Source: Allosphingosinicella sp. (GTDB lineage: Bacteria; Pseudomonadota; Alphaproteobacteria; Sphingomonadales; Sphingomonadaceae). From it: a stretch of DNA of 64,000 nt. The stretch covers positions 19,043 through 83,042 of the forward strand of contig DASWMS010000058.1 in NCBI GenBank assembly GCA_036399655.1, in the 5' to 3' direction. The stretch's first letter is position 1. Each line of letters opens with the position of its first letter. The notes beneath the pieces are model-generated. The model saw nothing but the letters and a program-made list of their open reading frames with translations, made no database searches and was not told where the DNA came from. The position numbers were made by a program, and so were the translations under genes. Positions 19,762-30,087 of this stretch are shown piece after piece.

Positions 19762-20643
19762 ATGCTGAAGAAACTCGCCGCCTTCGCCGGTCTCCTCGCG
19801 TTGCCGGCCTTCGCCGCGCAAGCCCAGCCCGCCGGGGCGCAGCCCGCCCGCGCGGCGCCCGCCGCCCAGGCCGCCCAGGCCGCGCTGTCGCTCTACCGGC
19901 TCGATTGCGGCGCGTTCACGATCAACCAATATGGCGCCTTCTTCTCCGACACCTTCCAATATCCGGCGGGACCGAAGGACATCGTCGGGAGCTGCTACCT
20001 GATCCGCCATGGCGATCGCTACATGCTGTGGGACACCGGCCTCACCGACGCGCTCGTCGGCCGGGGCTTCTCGAACGCGGCGCAGACGCTTCGCCTCTCC
20101 CGTTCGATCGTCGACCAGCTCCGCCAGATCGGCGTCCGCCCCGATCAAATCGAGTTCGTCGGCATCAGCCACTGGCATTTCGACCATACCGGCCAGGCCC
20201 GCCACTTCCCGGGCGCCCGGCTGCTCGTCGGCCGCGGCGATCTCGATCTCCTCCGCGCCACGCCGCCGGCCGACGCCGACTCGGCGACTGCGCTCGCCCA
20301 CTGGCTGACCGGCGGCGGTGAGGTCACCGAAACGCGCGGCGACCATGACGTGTTCGGCGACGGCAGGGTGGTGATGCTCCGCACGCCCGGCCACACGCCG
20401 GGCCACAATGCCCTGCTCGTCCGCCTGGCCTCGGGTCCGGTGCTCCTGACCGGCGATCTCTACCATTTCACCGAGCAGGTCGCGAACCGCGGCGTCCCGC
20501 CCTTCAACCACGATCGCGCCGATACCCTGGCCTCGATGGACCGCTTCGACCGCATCGCCCGCAATCTCGGCGCCCGCGTCATCATCCAGCACGAGCCGGC
20601 GGACGTCGCCAAGCTCCCGGCGTTTCCCCAGCCGGCGCGGTGA
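19762..20643 (+). CDS. Secreted N-acyl-homoserine-lactonase-family metallo-hydrolase
   Basis: Signal peptide; LWDTG, SHWHFDHTG (HxHxDH), TPGHTPGH, LTGDLYH, QHE. Confidence 0.85.
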   Translation: MLKKLAAFAGLLALPAFAAQAQPAGAQPARAAPAAQAAQAALSLYRLDCGAFTINQYGAFFSDTFQYPAGPKDIVGSCYLIRHGDRYMLWDTGLTDALVGRGFSNAAQTLRLSRSIVDQLRQIGVRPDQIEFVGISHWHFDHTGQARHFPGARLLVGRGDLDLLRATPPADADSATALAHWLTGGGEVTETRGDHDVFGDGRVVMLRTPGHTPGHNALLVRLASGPVLLTGDLYHFTEQVANRGVPPFNHDRADTLASMDRFDRIARNLGARVIIQHEPADVAKLPAFPQPAR

Positions 20644-22115
20644 AGCCGAGGGCGCTGGGGATCGCGGCCGCTGCCGCCGCGCTCCTGCTCCCGGGCGGCC
20701 TGCAGGCGCAGGACCTGACCGCAGCGGGCTGGCGGCAGCTCGCCCAGGGCGACGTCGACGCCGGTCACCGCCTGCTTGCCGAGGATCATCCCGGCGCCGC
20801 GCCGGAGGCGAACGACGCCGCCTTCCGCCGTCGCCTCGCCGAGGCTCATGCCGAAGCTCGACGGCGCGCGGCCGAGGTCGTCTCCTTCGAGGGCTATGCC
20901 GCGACCCTGCGCGGCTTCGCCGCCGCGATGGCGGACAAGCATATCGCGGCGGACCTGCTCGTCGTCCCGGAACAGATGAATTGGGCAGGGCTGGTCGTCG
21001 CCCGGCGCGGCAACGACTGGATCGTCGCCCGCGAGGAGGAAGCGGTCGACGAGTCGCCGCTCGGCGGCTCCCGCCTCGTCTCCTGCGACGGCGTCGGGGC
21101 CGAAGCCTTTGCCGAGCGGCGACTGGGCGGCTTCCGCGCAATCTGGTCGATCCCTGCCCAGCAGATCGAGGCCGCGCCCTATCTCTTCATCGATGACGGA
21201 AATCCATTCCTGACCCGCCCCGCTGCCTGCATTTTCGAACGAGGCGGGCAGCGGCGCGAGGTGGCACTGCGCTGGCGCAGCACCGAATGGTCCCGGCTGG
21301 AGCCGCGTCTGCGCGCCGCCGCCCGCCGCGGCGCCGCAGGCTTCGGCGTCCGCCGTTCCGGCGCCGGCTATTGGATCGCGCTCCAGTCGCTCGGCGAGGA
21401 CGCTGCACCGGTGGTCGAGGCGGTGCGGGCGCAGGCGGCCGACATGCGCCGCGCGCCCTGGGTCGTGCTCGACATGCGCGGCAATGGCGGCGGCAACAGC
21501 GCCTATGGGAGCTTCATCCTCGACGCCCTGCTCGGGCGGGCCGCCTCGCGCGGGGAACAGGTCGTGGGCTGCAACCCCGTCTGGCGTGCGTCGCCGCGCA
21601 ACATCGCGGTGCTCCGCTCGATCGCGGATCGCCCGAACGACCAGCTCGGTGCCGGCGCCACCGTCTACTGGCGCGCGCAGCACCGGCGCGCAGTGGAGGC
21701 GGCGGCGGCCGGACGCGCTCTGTCCGGGCCGCCGGCGTGCGGCGCAACGGCGGCTGCGGAGGCCGGCGAGGGGCCGCGCCGGAGGCCGCGCGGCAGCCTC
21801 TTTTCCGGACGGCTGATCGTGCTCACCGACCATGTCTGCTTCAGCTCCTGCGTCCTCGTCACCTCGGCCTTCCGGCGGCTCGGCGCGCTCCACGTGGGCG
21901 AAGCGACGGACGCGATGACCCGCTATTTCGAAGTCCGCTCGGACGAGCTGCCGTCCGGCCTCGCCGCCTTTTCGACGCTGCAGGCGCTGTCGCCCTCCTC
22001 ACCGGCCCAGATCGGCCCGTTCGTGCCCGACCGCCTCTACGACGGCAATATCGCCGATACCGCCGCGCTCGAGGCCTGGGTTGCAGGCCTCGCACAATCC
22101 GGAGACATTGAATGA
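20640..22115 (+). CDS. S41-family peptidase-like secreted protein
   Basis: Signal peptide; VLDMRGNGGGNS, VLTDHVCFSSC, HVGEAT. Confidence 0.7.
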   Translation: MKPRALGIAAAAAALLLPGGLQAQDLTAAGWRQLAQGDVDAGHRLLAEDHPGAAPEANDAAFRRRLAEAHAEARRRAAEVVSFEGYAATLRGFAAAMADKHIAADLLVVPEQMNWAGLVVARRGNDWIVAREEEAVDESPLGGSRLVSCDGVGAEAFAERRLGGFRAIWSIPAQQIEAAPYLFIDDGNPFLTRPAACIFERGGQRREVALRWRSTEWSRLEPRLRAAARRGAAGFGVRRSGAGYWIALQSLGEDAAPVVEAVRAQAADMRRAPWVVLDMRGNGGGNSAYGSFILDALLGRAASRGEQVVGCNPVWRASPRNIAVLRSIADRPNDQLGAGATVYWRAQHRRAVEAAAAGRALSGPPACGATAAAEAGEGPRRRPRGSLFSGRLIVLTDHVCFSSCVLVTSAFRRLGALHVGEATDAMTRYFEVRSDELPSGLAAFSTLQALSPSSPAQIGPFVPDRLYDGNIADTAALEAWVAGLAQSGDIE

Positions 22116-23110
22116 AGGCTCTTCTCTCACGCGCCCCGGGCGGCCCGGAGACGCTCGAGTTGGCCGAGCTGTCCGATCCCCGGCCCGGCCCCGGCCAGCT
22201 CCTCGTCCGGGTGCGCGCCTGCGCGATCAACTATCCCGACGTGCTGATCATCGAGGACAAATACCAGTTCAAGCCGCCCAGGCCGTTCGCGCCCGGCGGC
22301 GAGATCGCCGGCACCGTCGAAGCGATGGGAGAGGGGGTCTCCGGCTGGGCGGAGGGCGACCGCGTCATCGCCATGATCGGTCATGGCGGCCTCGCCGAAA
22401 GGGTACTGGTCGCCGCGCCGATGGCACTGAAGCTCCCGGAAGGGCGCAGCTTCGAGGAGGGCTCGGCGCTCATCCTCACCTACGCCACGTCCATCCACGC
22501 GCTGCTCGACCGCGGCCGGCTGAAGGAAGGGCAGATTCTGCTCGTTCTCGGCGCCGCGGGTGGCGTCGGCCTAGCCGCCGTGGAGCTCGGCAAGGCTTAC
22601 GGCGCCCGGGTCGTGGCTGCGGTCTCTTCGGAGGAGAAAGCCGAAGCCGTCCGTGCGGCGGGCGCCGACGCCGTGCTCGTCTACCCGCGCGGGCCCTTCG
22701 ACAAGGAGGCGTCGAAAGCGCTGTCGCAGCAGTTCAAGGACGCGGTCGGCGCGGGCGGCGCCGACGTGATCTACGATCCGGTCGGCGGCGACTATGCCGA
22801 GCCGGCGCTCCGCGCCATCGCCTGGGAAGGCCGCTACCTGGTGGTCGGCTTTCCGGCCGGTATCCCCAGGCTGCCGCTCAACCTCACGCTCCTCAAGAGC
22901 TGCGACGTCTGCGGCGTCTTTTGGGGCGCCTTCGCCGCGCGCGACCCGAAGGCGAACGCCGCCCATATCGAGACCCTCTTCCGCCTCTGGGAGGAAGGAA
23001 AGATCGCGCCCCGGGTCAGCGCCACCTGGCCTCTCGAGCGCGCCGGAGAAGCGATCGCCCACATGGCGGCTCGTGGGGCGATCGGAAAGCTCGTGGTGAC
23101 GATGGGCTGA
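22112..23110 (+). CDS. NADPH:quinone oxidoreductase (MDR family)
   Basis: AINYPD, PGGEIAG, VLGAAGGVGLAA, DPVGG, GRYLVVGF. Confidence 0.93.
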   Translation: MKALLSRAPGGPETLELAELSDPRPGPGQLLVRVRACAINYPDVLIIEDKYQFKPPRPFAPGGEIAGTVEAMGEGVSGWAEGDRVIAMIGHGGLAERVLVAAPMALKLPEGRSFEEGSALILTYATSIHALLDRGRLKEGQILLVLGAAGGVGLAAVELGKAYGARVVAAVSSEEKAEAVRAAGADAVLVYPRGPFDKEASKALSQQFKDAVGAGGADVIYDPVGGDYAEPALRAIAWEGRYLVVGFPAGIPRLPLNLTLLKSCDVCGVFWGAFAARDPKANAAHIETLFRLWEEGKIAPRVSATWPLERAGEAIAHMAARGAIGKLVVTMG

Positions 23111-23190
23111 CGGACCGGCGCCGCGCTGCTCAGTTGCGCCCTCCCGCCGCCGCGCCTATCTGAAAGGGCGAAGGCAGAAGAAGGATCGCC

Positions 23191-23508
23191 ATGACCACGT
23201 TCGACGATCGCGAAAGGGCGTTCGAAGCGAAGTTCGCACACGACCAGGAGATGCAGTTCAAGATCGTCGCGCGCCGCAACCGGCTGCTCGGCCTCTGGGC
23301 GGCGAAGCAGATGGGTCTCTCGGACGTCGAGGCGGAGACCTATGCGAGCGAAGTCATCCGCGCCGAGTTCGAGGAAGCGGGCGACGACGAGGTGGTGAAG
23401 AAGCTTCTCGGCGATCTGACCTCGGCCGGCGTCGAGTGCGACGAGGTGCGCATCCGCGAAGCGCTCGAGCACAAGAATGTCGAAGCCCGCCGTCAGATGA
23501 TGGCCTGA
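23191..23508 (+). CDS. DUF1476-family protein
   Basis: MTTFDDRERAFEAKFAHDQE..FK..ARRNRLLGLWAA. Confidence 0.9.
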   Translation: MTTFDDRERAFEAKFAHDQEMQFKIVARRNRLLGLWAAKQMGLSDVEAETYASEVIRAEFEEAGDDEVVKKLLGDLTSAGVECDEVRIREALEHKNVEARRQMMA

Positions 23509-23512
23509 TCCG

Positions 23513-23746
23513 ATGCCGATGGCTTCCGAAGAGATCGAGCGGCTGATCCGCGAGGCGATCCCGGACGCCCGCGTCGAGATCACAGATTTGCGCGGCGACG
23601 GCGATCATTATTCGGCACGCGTCGTGTCGGAGACTTTCAGGGGGCTGCCGCGCGTCCGGCAGCACCAGCGCGTTTACGAGGCGCTCGGCGGACGGATGGG
23701 CGGCGTGCTCCACGCACTCCAGCTCACGACCGCGGCGCCCGATTGA
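23513..23746 (+). CDS. bolA: BolA-family protein
   Basis: GDGDHY..VVSE.F.G..RVRQHQRVY.AL..LHALQL; precedes grxD. Confidence 0.92.
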   Translation: MPMASEEIERLIREAIPDARVEITDLRGDGDHYSARVVSETFRGLPRVRQHQRVYEALGGRMGGVLHALQLTTAAPD

Positions 23747-23757
23747 GGAGACTGTAA

Positions 23758-24084
23758 ATGACCGATGCCAAGCAGCGGATCGACGAAATCGTCCAGGGCC
23801 ACGACGTGGTCCTCTTCATGAAGGGCACCGCGCTCTTCCCGCAATGCGGCTTCTCCAGCCGCGCCGTTTCGATCCTCGACCATCTCGGCGTCGGCTTCGA
23901 GACCGTGGACGTCCTCCAGGACCCCGAGATCCGCAACGGGATCAAGGATTATTCCGACTGGCCGACCATTCCGCAGCTCTACGTCAAGGGCGAGTTCGTC
24001 GGCGGATCGGACATCATGATGGAGATGTTCCAGGCCGGCGAGCTCCAGCAGCTCGTGGACGAGAAGCAGGTCGCCAAGGCATAA
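23758..24084 (+). CDS. grxD: Monothiol glutaredoxin
   Basis: [31 protein letters not shown]. Confidence 0.96.
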   Translation: MTDAKQRIDEIVQGHDVVLFMKGTALFPQCGFSSRAVSILDHLGVGFETVDVLQDPEIRNGIKDYSDWPTIPQLYVKGEFVGGSDIMMEMFQAGELQQLVDEKQVAKA

Positions 24085-24130
24085 GCGCGGGGGGCCACTC
24101 CAGCCCGGCTTCGTCGTTGGAGACCTCCAC

Positions 24131-24383
24131 CGTTCGCTCCTGAGCCTGTCGAAGGGCTGTCCTTCACTTCGGGCGCCTGAGAAAGAAAGAAGGGCAGGGC
24201 TTCGACAAGCTCAGCCCGAACGGGCGGAGGCGGCTTACCCGTTACTCAAAAGCGCCTCGTAGCACCGTTCGTCCCGAGTAGCCGTCGAGCTTGTCGAGAC
24301 GGCGTATCGAGGGACGCCTTGCGCGGGTCCTTCGATACGGCCCTCGCTACGGCTTCGCCTACTCGGTCCTACTCAGGACGAAC
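24131..24383. repeat. Two adjacent REP-like palindromic elements
   Basis: cgttcgctcctgagcctgtcgaaggg...cttcgacaagctcagcccgaacg (24131-24225) and ccgttcgtcccgagtag...ctactcaggacgaacg (24264-24383). Confidence 0.75.
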
Positions 24384-24414
24384 GCGCAGGGAATTTTCGG
24401 GAACCCACATATTC

Positions 24415-24513
24415 CAAAAAAGCGCGGGGCGGGCGGCGCGACCAGAAAAGCGCCGGCCCGCCCCTTTCGAGTGGAACCGTGTGGACGCCAATATAGATAC
24501 AAGCGCCGTGCCA
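24415..24513 (-). ncRNA. Candidate sigma54-dependent small RNA (promoter plus ~70-nt transcript)
   Basis: Minus strand TGGCAC-N5-TTGT at 24513-24499; then GC hairpin ggggcgggccggcgc..gcgccgcccgcccc and T6 tract ending near 24415. Confidence 0.4.
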
Positions 24514-24625
24514 GGGTGTGCCATCCGCAGTTTTCCGCGGGGTTCGATGGTGAAGCGAATTTAACCTCTCGCGCAGGTGTAAGCGCCTCCGACAGTTTCG
24601 GGCGTGTCGCAGATTCGTCCCCACA

Positions 24626-24730
24626 CGTCATCCCGGCGAAGGCCGGGAGAAGGGTGCAGGCGTACGTGGAGCGCTCCACAACTGCCTCCGCAACTCACCC
24701 GCTGAGATCCCGGCCTTCGCCGGGATGACG
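24626..24730. repeat. REP-like inverted repeat (GTCATCCCGGCGAAGGCCGGGA variant)
   Basis: cgtcatcccggcgaaggccgggag...tcccggccttcgccgggatgacg. Confidence 0.8.
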
Positions 24731-24804
24731 GTCTGGGCCCCATTCATCCACCGTTCACCGACTGGCTGACTACAACTGTAGCCGGAAGCAGCGGAGAACC
24801 CACG

Positions 24805-25167
24805 ATGGAGCGGATCGGCGATGCCGAGCTGGCGGTGATGGAAGTGCTGTGGGAGGACGCGCCGCTCACCGCGGCCGAAGTCGCCGACCGCGTGCCCGCC
24901 GAGCGCGGCTGGTCGGCGAGCACGGTCAAGACCATGCTGTCGCGCCTTTCGGCCAAGGGCGTTGTCGCCCATGAGGAAGAGGGCCGCCGCTACCTCTACC
25001 GCCCGATGATCACCCGGGAGGATTATGCCGCCCAGGAATCCGGCCGCCTGCTCGATCGCATGTTCGGCGGCCGCCTGACGCCGCTGGTCGCCCAGCTCGC
25101 CCGCCGCGACAAATTGACCGCCCGCGACATCGAAGAGATCGAAGCGCTCCTGAAGGCGCTGAAATAG
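24805..25167 (+). CDS. BlaI/MecI/CopY-family repressor
   Basis: IGDAELAVMEVLW..TVKTMLSRL..KG......GRRYLYRP. Confidence 0.93.
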   Translation: MERIGDAELAVMEVLWEDAPLTAAEVADRVPAERGWSASTVKTMLSRLSAKGVVAHEEEGRRYLYRPMITREDYAAQESGRLLDRMFGGRLTPLVAQLARRDKLTARDIEEIEALLKALK

Positions 25168-26417
25168 TGACCGCCTGGCTCCTTCAGAACATGGCGGCGG
25201 CAAGCGTCATGATGCTGATCGTGCTCGCCATCCGTAACCCCGTCGCCCGCGCGTTCGGGGCGGTCTGGGCCTATGCGCTCTGGCTGCTCCCGCTCGGCCG
25301 CCTGCTCCTTCCGCCGCTGCCGGAAATCGGGCCCGACCTGTCGCTGCCGACTTTCGCCGTCCTGCTCCCAGCGACCGGCGACGCCGCCGCGTCCCTGCCG
25401 GGAGGGGGCAGCATTGACTGGTTGAGCCTAGTCCTTGCCGTTTGGCTCGCCGGTGCCGCCGTCTTCCTGGCGGTGCAATTCTTCTCCTATCGCCGCTTCC
25501 TCACCCGCCTCAGCCTCGCCTCGCGAAGCGCCGGCGCCTTTCGCGGCCTGCCGCTCGTCCAAAGCGACGCGGTGGACGGCCCGATCGCCGTCGGCCTGCT
25601 CGACCGGCGCATCGTCGTCCCCGCCGATTTCGCCACCCGCTACAGCGAGACGGAGCGCCGCCTCGCCGCCGAGCACGAATATATCCACCACCGCCGCGGC
25701 GACATCTGGTGGAACCTCGCGGCCCTGCTCGTCCTGGCGCTGAACTGGTTCAACCCGCTCGCCTGGATCGCATTCATCGCCTTTCGCGCCGACCAGGAAC
25801 TCGCCTGCGACGCCGCCGTCGCCGCCCGCGCCGCGCCTGGCGAACGCGCCGACTACGCACAGGCGCTCGTCAAGTCGGCCAGCCGCCCCGGCCTGATCGC
25901 CGCTTGCCCCCTCAATCACGCCGACCAACTCAAGAGGAGACTGAAGATGATGAACACGCACAGGATTAGCCGCCTTCGCAGCATCGGCGGCGCCGCCGCC
26001 CTCGTCACCCTCGCCGCCGCCGGCCTCGCCGCCGCCGCGCCGGGCATGGCCCAGCCGCAGGCCGGCGCGGAGACCAAGCAGGAGCGGATCATCATCATGG
26101 AGCACAAGGCGGGCGAGGGCGGGCCGGACGGCCACGGCAATCGCGTCATGCGCTTCCGCGCCGGCCCGAACGGCGAGCCCGCGCTTCCGGAGAATTGCAA
26201 CGGCGGCGAGTCTCTCGTCAATGTCGACGAAGGCAGTGGCGAGCAGCGCACCCGCGTCTTCCTTTGCACCACGGGCGCCGCCGACCCGGCGACCCGCCTG
26301 CAGCGCCTCGAGCAGATCCGGGAGCGCATGGCCGCGGGCAGCGAGACCGGCGCGCACCGCGAACGCGTCCTCGCGGCCATCGACCGCGCCATCGCCGAAT
26401 TGAGGGCCGCGCAATAA
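25167..26417 (+). CDS. M56 (BlaR1-type) membrane metallopeptidase
   Basis: TM helices, HEYIHHRRGD, WFNPLAW, DQELACD, LKRRL; no penicillin-binding sensor domain seen. Confidence 0.9.
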   Translation: MTAWLLQNMAAASVMMLIVLAIRNPVARAFGAVWAYALWLLPLGRLLLPPLPEIGPDLSLPTFAVLLPATGDAAASLPGGGSIDWLSLVLAVWLAGAAVFLAVQFFSYRRFLTRLSLASRSAGAFRGLPLVQSDAVDGPIAVGLLDRRIVVPADFATRYSETERRLAAEHEYIHHRRGDIWWNLAALLVLALNWFNPLAWIAFIAFRADQELACDAAVAARAAPGERADYAQALVKSASRPGLIAACPLNHADQLKRRLKMMNTHRISRLRSIGGAAALVTLAAAGLAAAAPGMAQPQAGAETKQERIIIMEHKAGEGGPDGHGNRVMRFRAGPNGEPALPENCNGGESLVNVDEGSGEQRTRVFLCTTGAADPATRLQRLEQIRERMAAGSETGAHRERVLAAIDRAIAELRAAQ

Positions 26418-26509
26418 GCGAAGTTGCCGCTCCCCCTCCCGGTCGGGAGGGGGAGGGCTTTCCGGCCCAGCCCTTCCCTTGGGCACCGCCCAGTGCCACA
26501 TGCCCTTGC

Positions 26510-27370
26510 ATGGACGCGCACCCCACCGGCATTGCCGAACGCCCCCACGGGCTGGTGCGCCGTGTCCTCGCGCCCAATCCTTCCGCCTTCACCTTTACCG
26601 GTACGCAGACCTTCATCATCGGCCACGGCGAAGTGGCGATCATCGATCCGGGCCCGGACGACCCCACCCATGTCGCCGCGCTTCTCGCCGCCGTCGAAGG
26701 CGAGCAGGTCGCCGCCATCGTCTGCACCCACACCCACCGAGATCACAGCCCGGCGAGCCGCGCCCTCGCCGCCGCAACCGGTGCGCAGATCGTCGGCTGC
26801 GCCCCGCTCGCCTTCGAGGACGAAGGCCCCCGCGCCGACGACAGCTTCGACTTCGACTACGCGCCGGACCGCGTCCTCGCCGACGGCGAAGCCCTCGAAG
26901 GCCGCGGCTGGACCCTCGAGGCGGTGGCGACGCCCGGCCACACGTCGAACCACCTCTGCTTCGCGCTCGCCCGCACCGGGATCCTCTTCACGGGCGACCA
27001 TGTCATGGGCTGGTCGACCACCATCGTCTCGCCTCCCGACGGCGACATGAGCGCCTACATGGCGAGCCTCGACCTGCTTCTGACCCGCGAAGACGGCGCT
27101 TATTACCCCGCTCACGGCGCCGCCGTCGAGCGGCCGCAGGCGCATGTCGCCCGTCTCATCGAACACCGCCGCACGCGCGAGCGTCAGATTCTGGATGTCC
27201 TCGCCGCCGGCGGCGCGAGCGGCATCGCCGCCATGGTGCCGACGCTCTACAAGGACGTCGATCCGCGCCTGCATCCCGCCGCCGCGCGCTCCGTGCTCGC
27301 CCATCTGATCGACTTGGAAGCGCGCGGCGTCGTTCGAAGCGAAGGGGAGGAATGGAGACGAACCGCCTGA
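26510..27370 (+). CDS. MBL-fold metallo-hydrolase with C-terminal winged helix
   Basis: APNPSAFTFTGT, THTHRDH, TPGHTSNH, GDHVM, PAHG. Confidence 0.9.
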   Translation: MDAHPTGIAERPHGLVRRVLAPNPSAFTFTGTQTFIIGHGEVAIIDPGPDDPTHVAALLAAVEGEQVAAIVCTHTHRDHSPASRALAAATGAQIVGCAPLAFEDEGPRADDSFDFDYAPDRVLADGEALEGRGWTLEAVATPGHTSNHLCFALARTGILFTGDHVMGWSTTIVSPPDGDMSAYMASLDLLLTREDGAYYPAHGAAVERPQAHVARLIEHRRTRERQILDVLAAGGASGIAAMVPTLYKDVDPRLHPAAARSVLAHLIDLEARGVVRSEGEEWRRTA

Positions 27371-28077
27371 AAGCGCTCGCGATCCGCTGGGCGCCCGGGC
27401 TCCTCGCCGGCCTGATCCTCGGTGCGCTCCTCGCTTTCCTCCTGCTCCCGGGCGGCGCAGTCCGGCCGGCCGTTGCCGACCCACGCGGCATCGCCGACGC
27501 CGCCCTGGTCTCGATCCGCGAGCAGGGCCGCCTCGCAAGCTTCGACGCCCGCTTCGTGGCGGTGGTCACCTCGAGCCAGACGAGCCTCGGCCTCGAAGCG
27601 CGCAAGACCCTGATCCTCCCCGCGCGCGTCCGCTATTCGATCGACCTCCGCCGCCTTCGCAGCGAAAATATGAGCTGGGACGAGTCGACAAGGACACTCT
27701 CCATCTCATTGCCGCCGCTGGAGATTCTGGGTCCGCAAATCGACCTCGAACAGGCGCGGGAATATAGCGAGGGCGGCGTCCTGATGGCGCTGACCGGCAC
27801 CGAGGCGGAACTCGACGAGGAGAATCGCCGCCGCGCCCGCGAGGAGCTGCTGCGTCAGGCGAGGGCGCCCGGGGCGATGGCCGCGGCGCGGGAGGCGGCG
27901 ATGCGGATCGTCGCGCGCGGCTTCGCAGTGCCGCTCCGCGCCGCCGGCGTGGCGGCGAGCGTCAGCGTCCGCTTCACCGCGCCATCGGGCGAGGAGATCG
28001 CGGTCCATCTCGATCGGCCCACGCGCGTCGAAGATGCGGTCGAGCAGCGCCGCGCGGGCGCCGCCAACGGGCTCTGA
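27352..28077 (+). CDS. DUF4230-like membrane-anchored protein
   Basis: N-terminal TM; [20 protein letters not shown] pattern. Confidence 0.65.
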   Translation: METNRLKALAIRWAPGLLAGLILGALLAFLLLPGGAVRPAVADPRGIADAALVSIREQGRLASFDARFVAVVTSSQTSLGLEARKTLILPARVRYSIDLRRLRSENMSWDESTRTLSISLPPLEILGPQIDLEQAREYSEGGVLMALTGTEAELDEENRRRAREELLRQARAPGAMAAAREAAMRIVARGFAVPLRAAGVAASVSVRFTAPSGEEIAVHLDRPTRVEDAVEQRRAGAANGL

Positions 28078-28232
28078 CAGGCTTGAATTCCGTCGCTCGG
28101 GAGGCGATATGGGTGCCAGCGCACGCGATCGGCCAGAGCCGGCGTGACCTGCGGGCCCTTTGCCCGACGTTTCTTCGTTCCGACCGGCGGGTACGGCCCA
28201 GGCCGGGACGAGCAGCAAGGGGTTTTCCCAAA

Positions 28233-29234
28233 ATGAACGCACCGACATCGAGCCTGCGCGGCCTCGACCTGCGCGCCGAGATCGACCGCCTCCGCAAGGA
28301 GCGCAACGCCGTCATCCTCGCCCATTATTACCAGGCGCCGGAGATCCAGGACCTCGCGGATTTCGTCGGCGACAGCCTCGATCTCTCGCGCAAGGCGGCG
28401 GCGACCGACGCCGACGTGATCGCCTTTTGCGGCGTGCGCTTCATGGCCGAGACGGCGAAGATCCTGTCGCCCGACAAGACCGTCATCCTCCCCGACATGG
28501 CGGCGGGCTGCAGCCTCGAGGACAGCTGCCCGCCGGACCAGTTCCGCGCCTTTCGCGAGGCGCATCCGGACCATATCGCGCTCACCTACATCAACTGCTC
28601 CACCGAGGTGAAAGCGCTCAGCGACATCATCGTCACCAGCTCGTCCGCCGAGACGATCCTCTCGCAGATCCCGCCGGAGCAGAAGATCATCTTCGGCCCG
28701 GACAAGAATCTCGGCGGCTATCTCGTCCGCAAGTCGGGGCGCGAGATGCTGCTCTGGCCGGGCGTGTGCATCGTGCACGAAGCTTTCTCCGAGACCGAGC
28801 TTTTGAAGCTCAAGGCGAAGCATCCGGGCGCGCCGGTTCTCGCGCACCCGGAATGCCCGCCGCACATCCTCGATCATGCCGATCTGGTCGGATCGACCAA
28901 GGCGATCCTGGATTATGCGCTGTCGTCGCAGTCGGAGGTGATGATCGTCGCGACCGAGCCGCACATCATCCACCAGATGGAGAAAGCGGCGCCGCACAAG
29001 ACCTTCATCGGGGCGCCCGGCGCCGACGGGAACTGCAACTGCAACATGTGCCCGTACATGGCGCTCAACACGCTCGAGAAGCTCTATGTCGCGCTTCGCG
29101 ATCTCCAGCCGCAGATCGTGATCGAGGAAGAGGTCCGCCTCGCCGCAAAGAAGTCGCTCGATCGGATGCTCGACATGGCGGGCCGCACGGTAGGGCAGGG
29201 CGATGTCGGCCGGCCCGTTTTCAAGGCGGCCTAG
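28233..29234 (+). CDS. nadA: Quinolinate synthase A
   Basis: [47 protein letters not shown]. Confidence 0.97.
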   Translation: MNAPTSSLRGLDLRAEIDRLRKERNAVILAHYYQAPEIQDLADFVGDSLDLSRKAAATDADVIAFCGVRFMAETAKILSPDKTVILPDMAAGCSLEDSCPPDQFRAFREAHPDHIALTYINCSTEVKALSDIIVTSSSAETILSQIPPEQKIIFGPDKNLGGYLVRKSGREMLLWPGVCIVHEAFSETELLKLKAKHPGAPVLAHPECPPHILDHADLVGSTKAILDYALSSQSEVMIVATEPHIIHQMEKAAPHKTFIGAPGADGNCNCNMCPYMALNTLEKLYVALRDLQPQIVIEEEVRLAAKKSLDRMLDMAGRTVGQGDVGRPVFKAA

Positions 29235-29241
29235 AACCCCC

Positions 29242-30087
29242 GTGGGTTTCGAGCTCCCCGGCTTCGACCTGGACGTCTTCGTCGCAGCAACGCTGGCGGA
29301 GGATCTCGGCGATTCTGGCGACATCACCTCGCAAGCCGTCATCCCCGCCGAGGCCCGTTTCGACGGGGCGATGAACAGCCGGGACGACATCGTCGTGGCC
29401 GGTCTAGGGATCGCCGAAGCCTTCTTTCGGACGCTCGATCCGGATGCGGAGGTGGAGTGCCTCGCTTCGGATGGCGACCGCGTTGCCGCCGGGGCTGCGC
29501 TGCTGCGTGTGCGGGGAAAGGCGAGGGCGCTCCTCACCGCCGAGCGCTCGGCGCTGAACACGCTGCAGCACCTTTCGGGAGTGGCGACGCTGACTCGCCG
29601 CTATGTCGACGCGATCGCCGGCACCGGCGCGACCCTCCTCGACACGCGTAAGACCATCCCGGGCCTGCGCCTGCTCGAGAAATACGCCACCCGCATCGGC
29701 GGCGCCGAGAACCACCGGATGGGCCTTTGGGACGCGGCGATGATCAAGGACAATCATGTCGGCGTCGCCGGCGGCATCGCGCAGGCCGTCCACCGCGCCG
29801 TCGATGCCGGCATCGCGCGGATCATCGTCGAGGTCGACCGCCTGGATCAGATCGCCCCTGCTCTCGAAGCGGGCGCCACCCACCTGCTGCTCGACAATAT
29901 GGAGCCGCCGGTGCTCCGCGAGGCGGTCGCCCTCGTCGCCGGCCGCGTCCCCACCGAAGCGAGCGGCGGCATCAGCCTCGAGACGATCCGCGCAAAGGCG
30001 GAGACGGGCGTCACCTACGTCTCGGTCGGCCGCATCACCCAGTCCGCGCCGGCCGCCGACATCGGCCTCGATTTCACCAGCCTCTAG
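29242..30087 (+). CDS. nadC: Nicotinate-nucleotide pyrophosphorylase (carboxylating)
   Basis: AED..DIT, ERSALN, LLDTRKTIPG, NHRMGL, MIKDNH, EASGG; start approximate. Confidence 0.96.
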   Translation: MGFELPGFDLDVFVAATLAEDLGDSGDITSQAVIPAEARFDGAMNSRDDIVVAGLGIAEAFFRTLDPDAEVECLASDGDRVAAGAALLRVRGKARALLTAERSALNTLQHLSGVATLTRRYVDAIAGTGATLLDTRKTIPGLRLLEKYATRIGGAENHRMGLWDAAMIKDNHVGVAGGIAQAVHRAVDAGIARIIVEVDRLDQIAPALEAGATHLLLDNMEPPVLREAVALVAGRVPTEASGGISLETIRAKAETGVTYVSVGRITQSAPAADIGLDFTSL

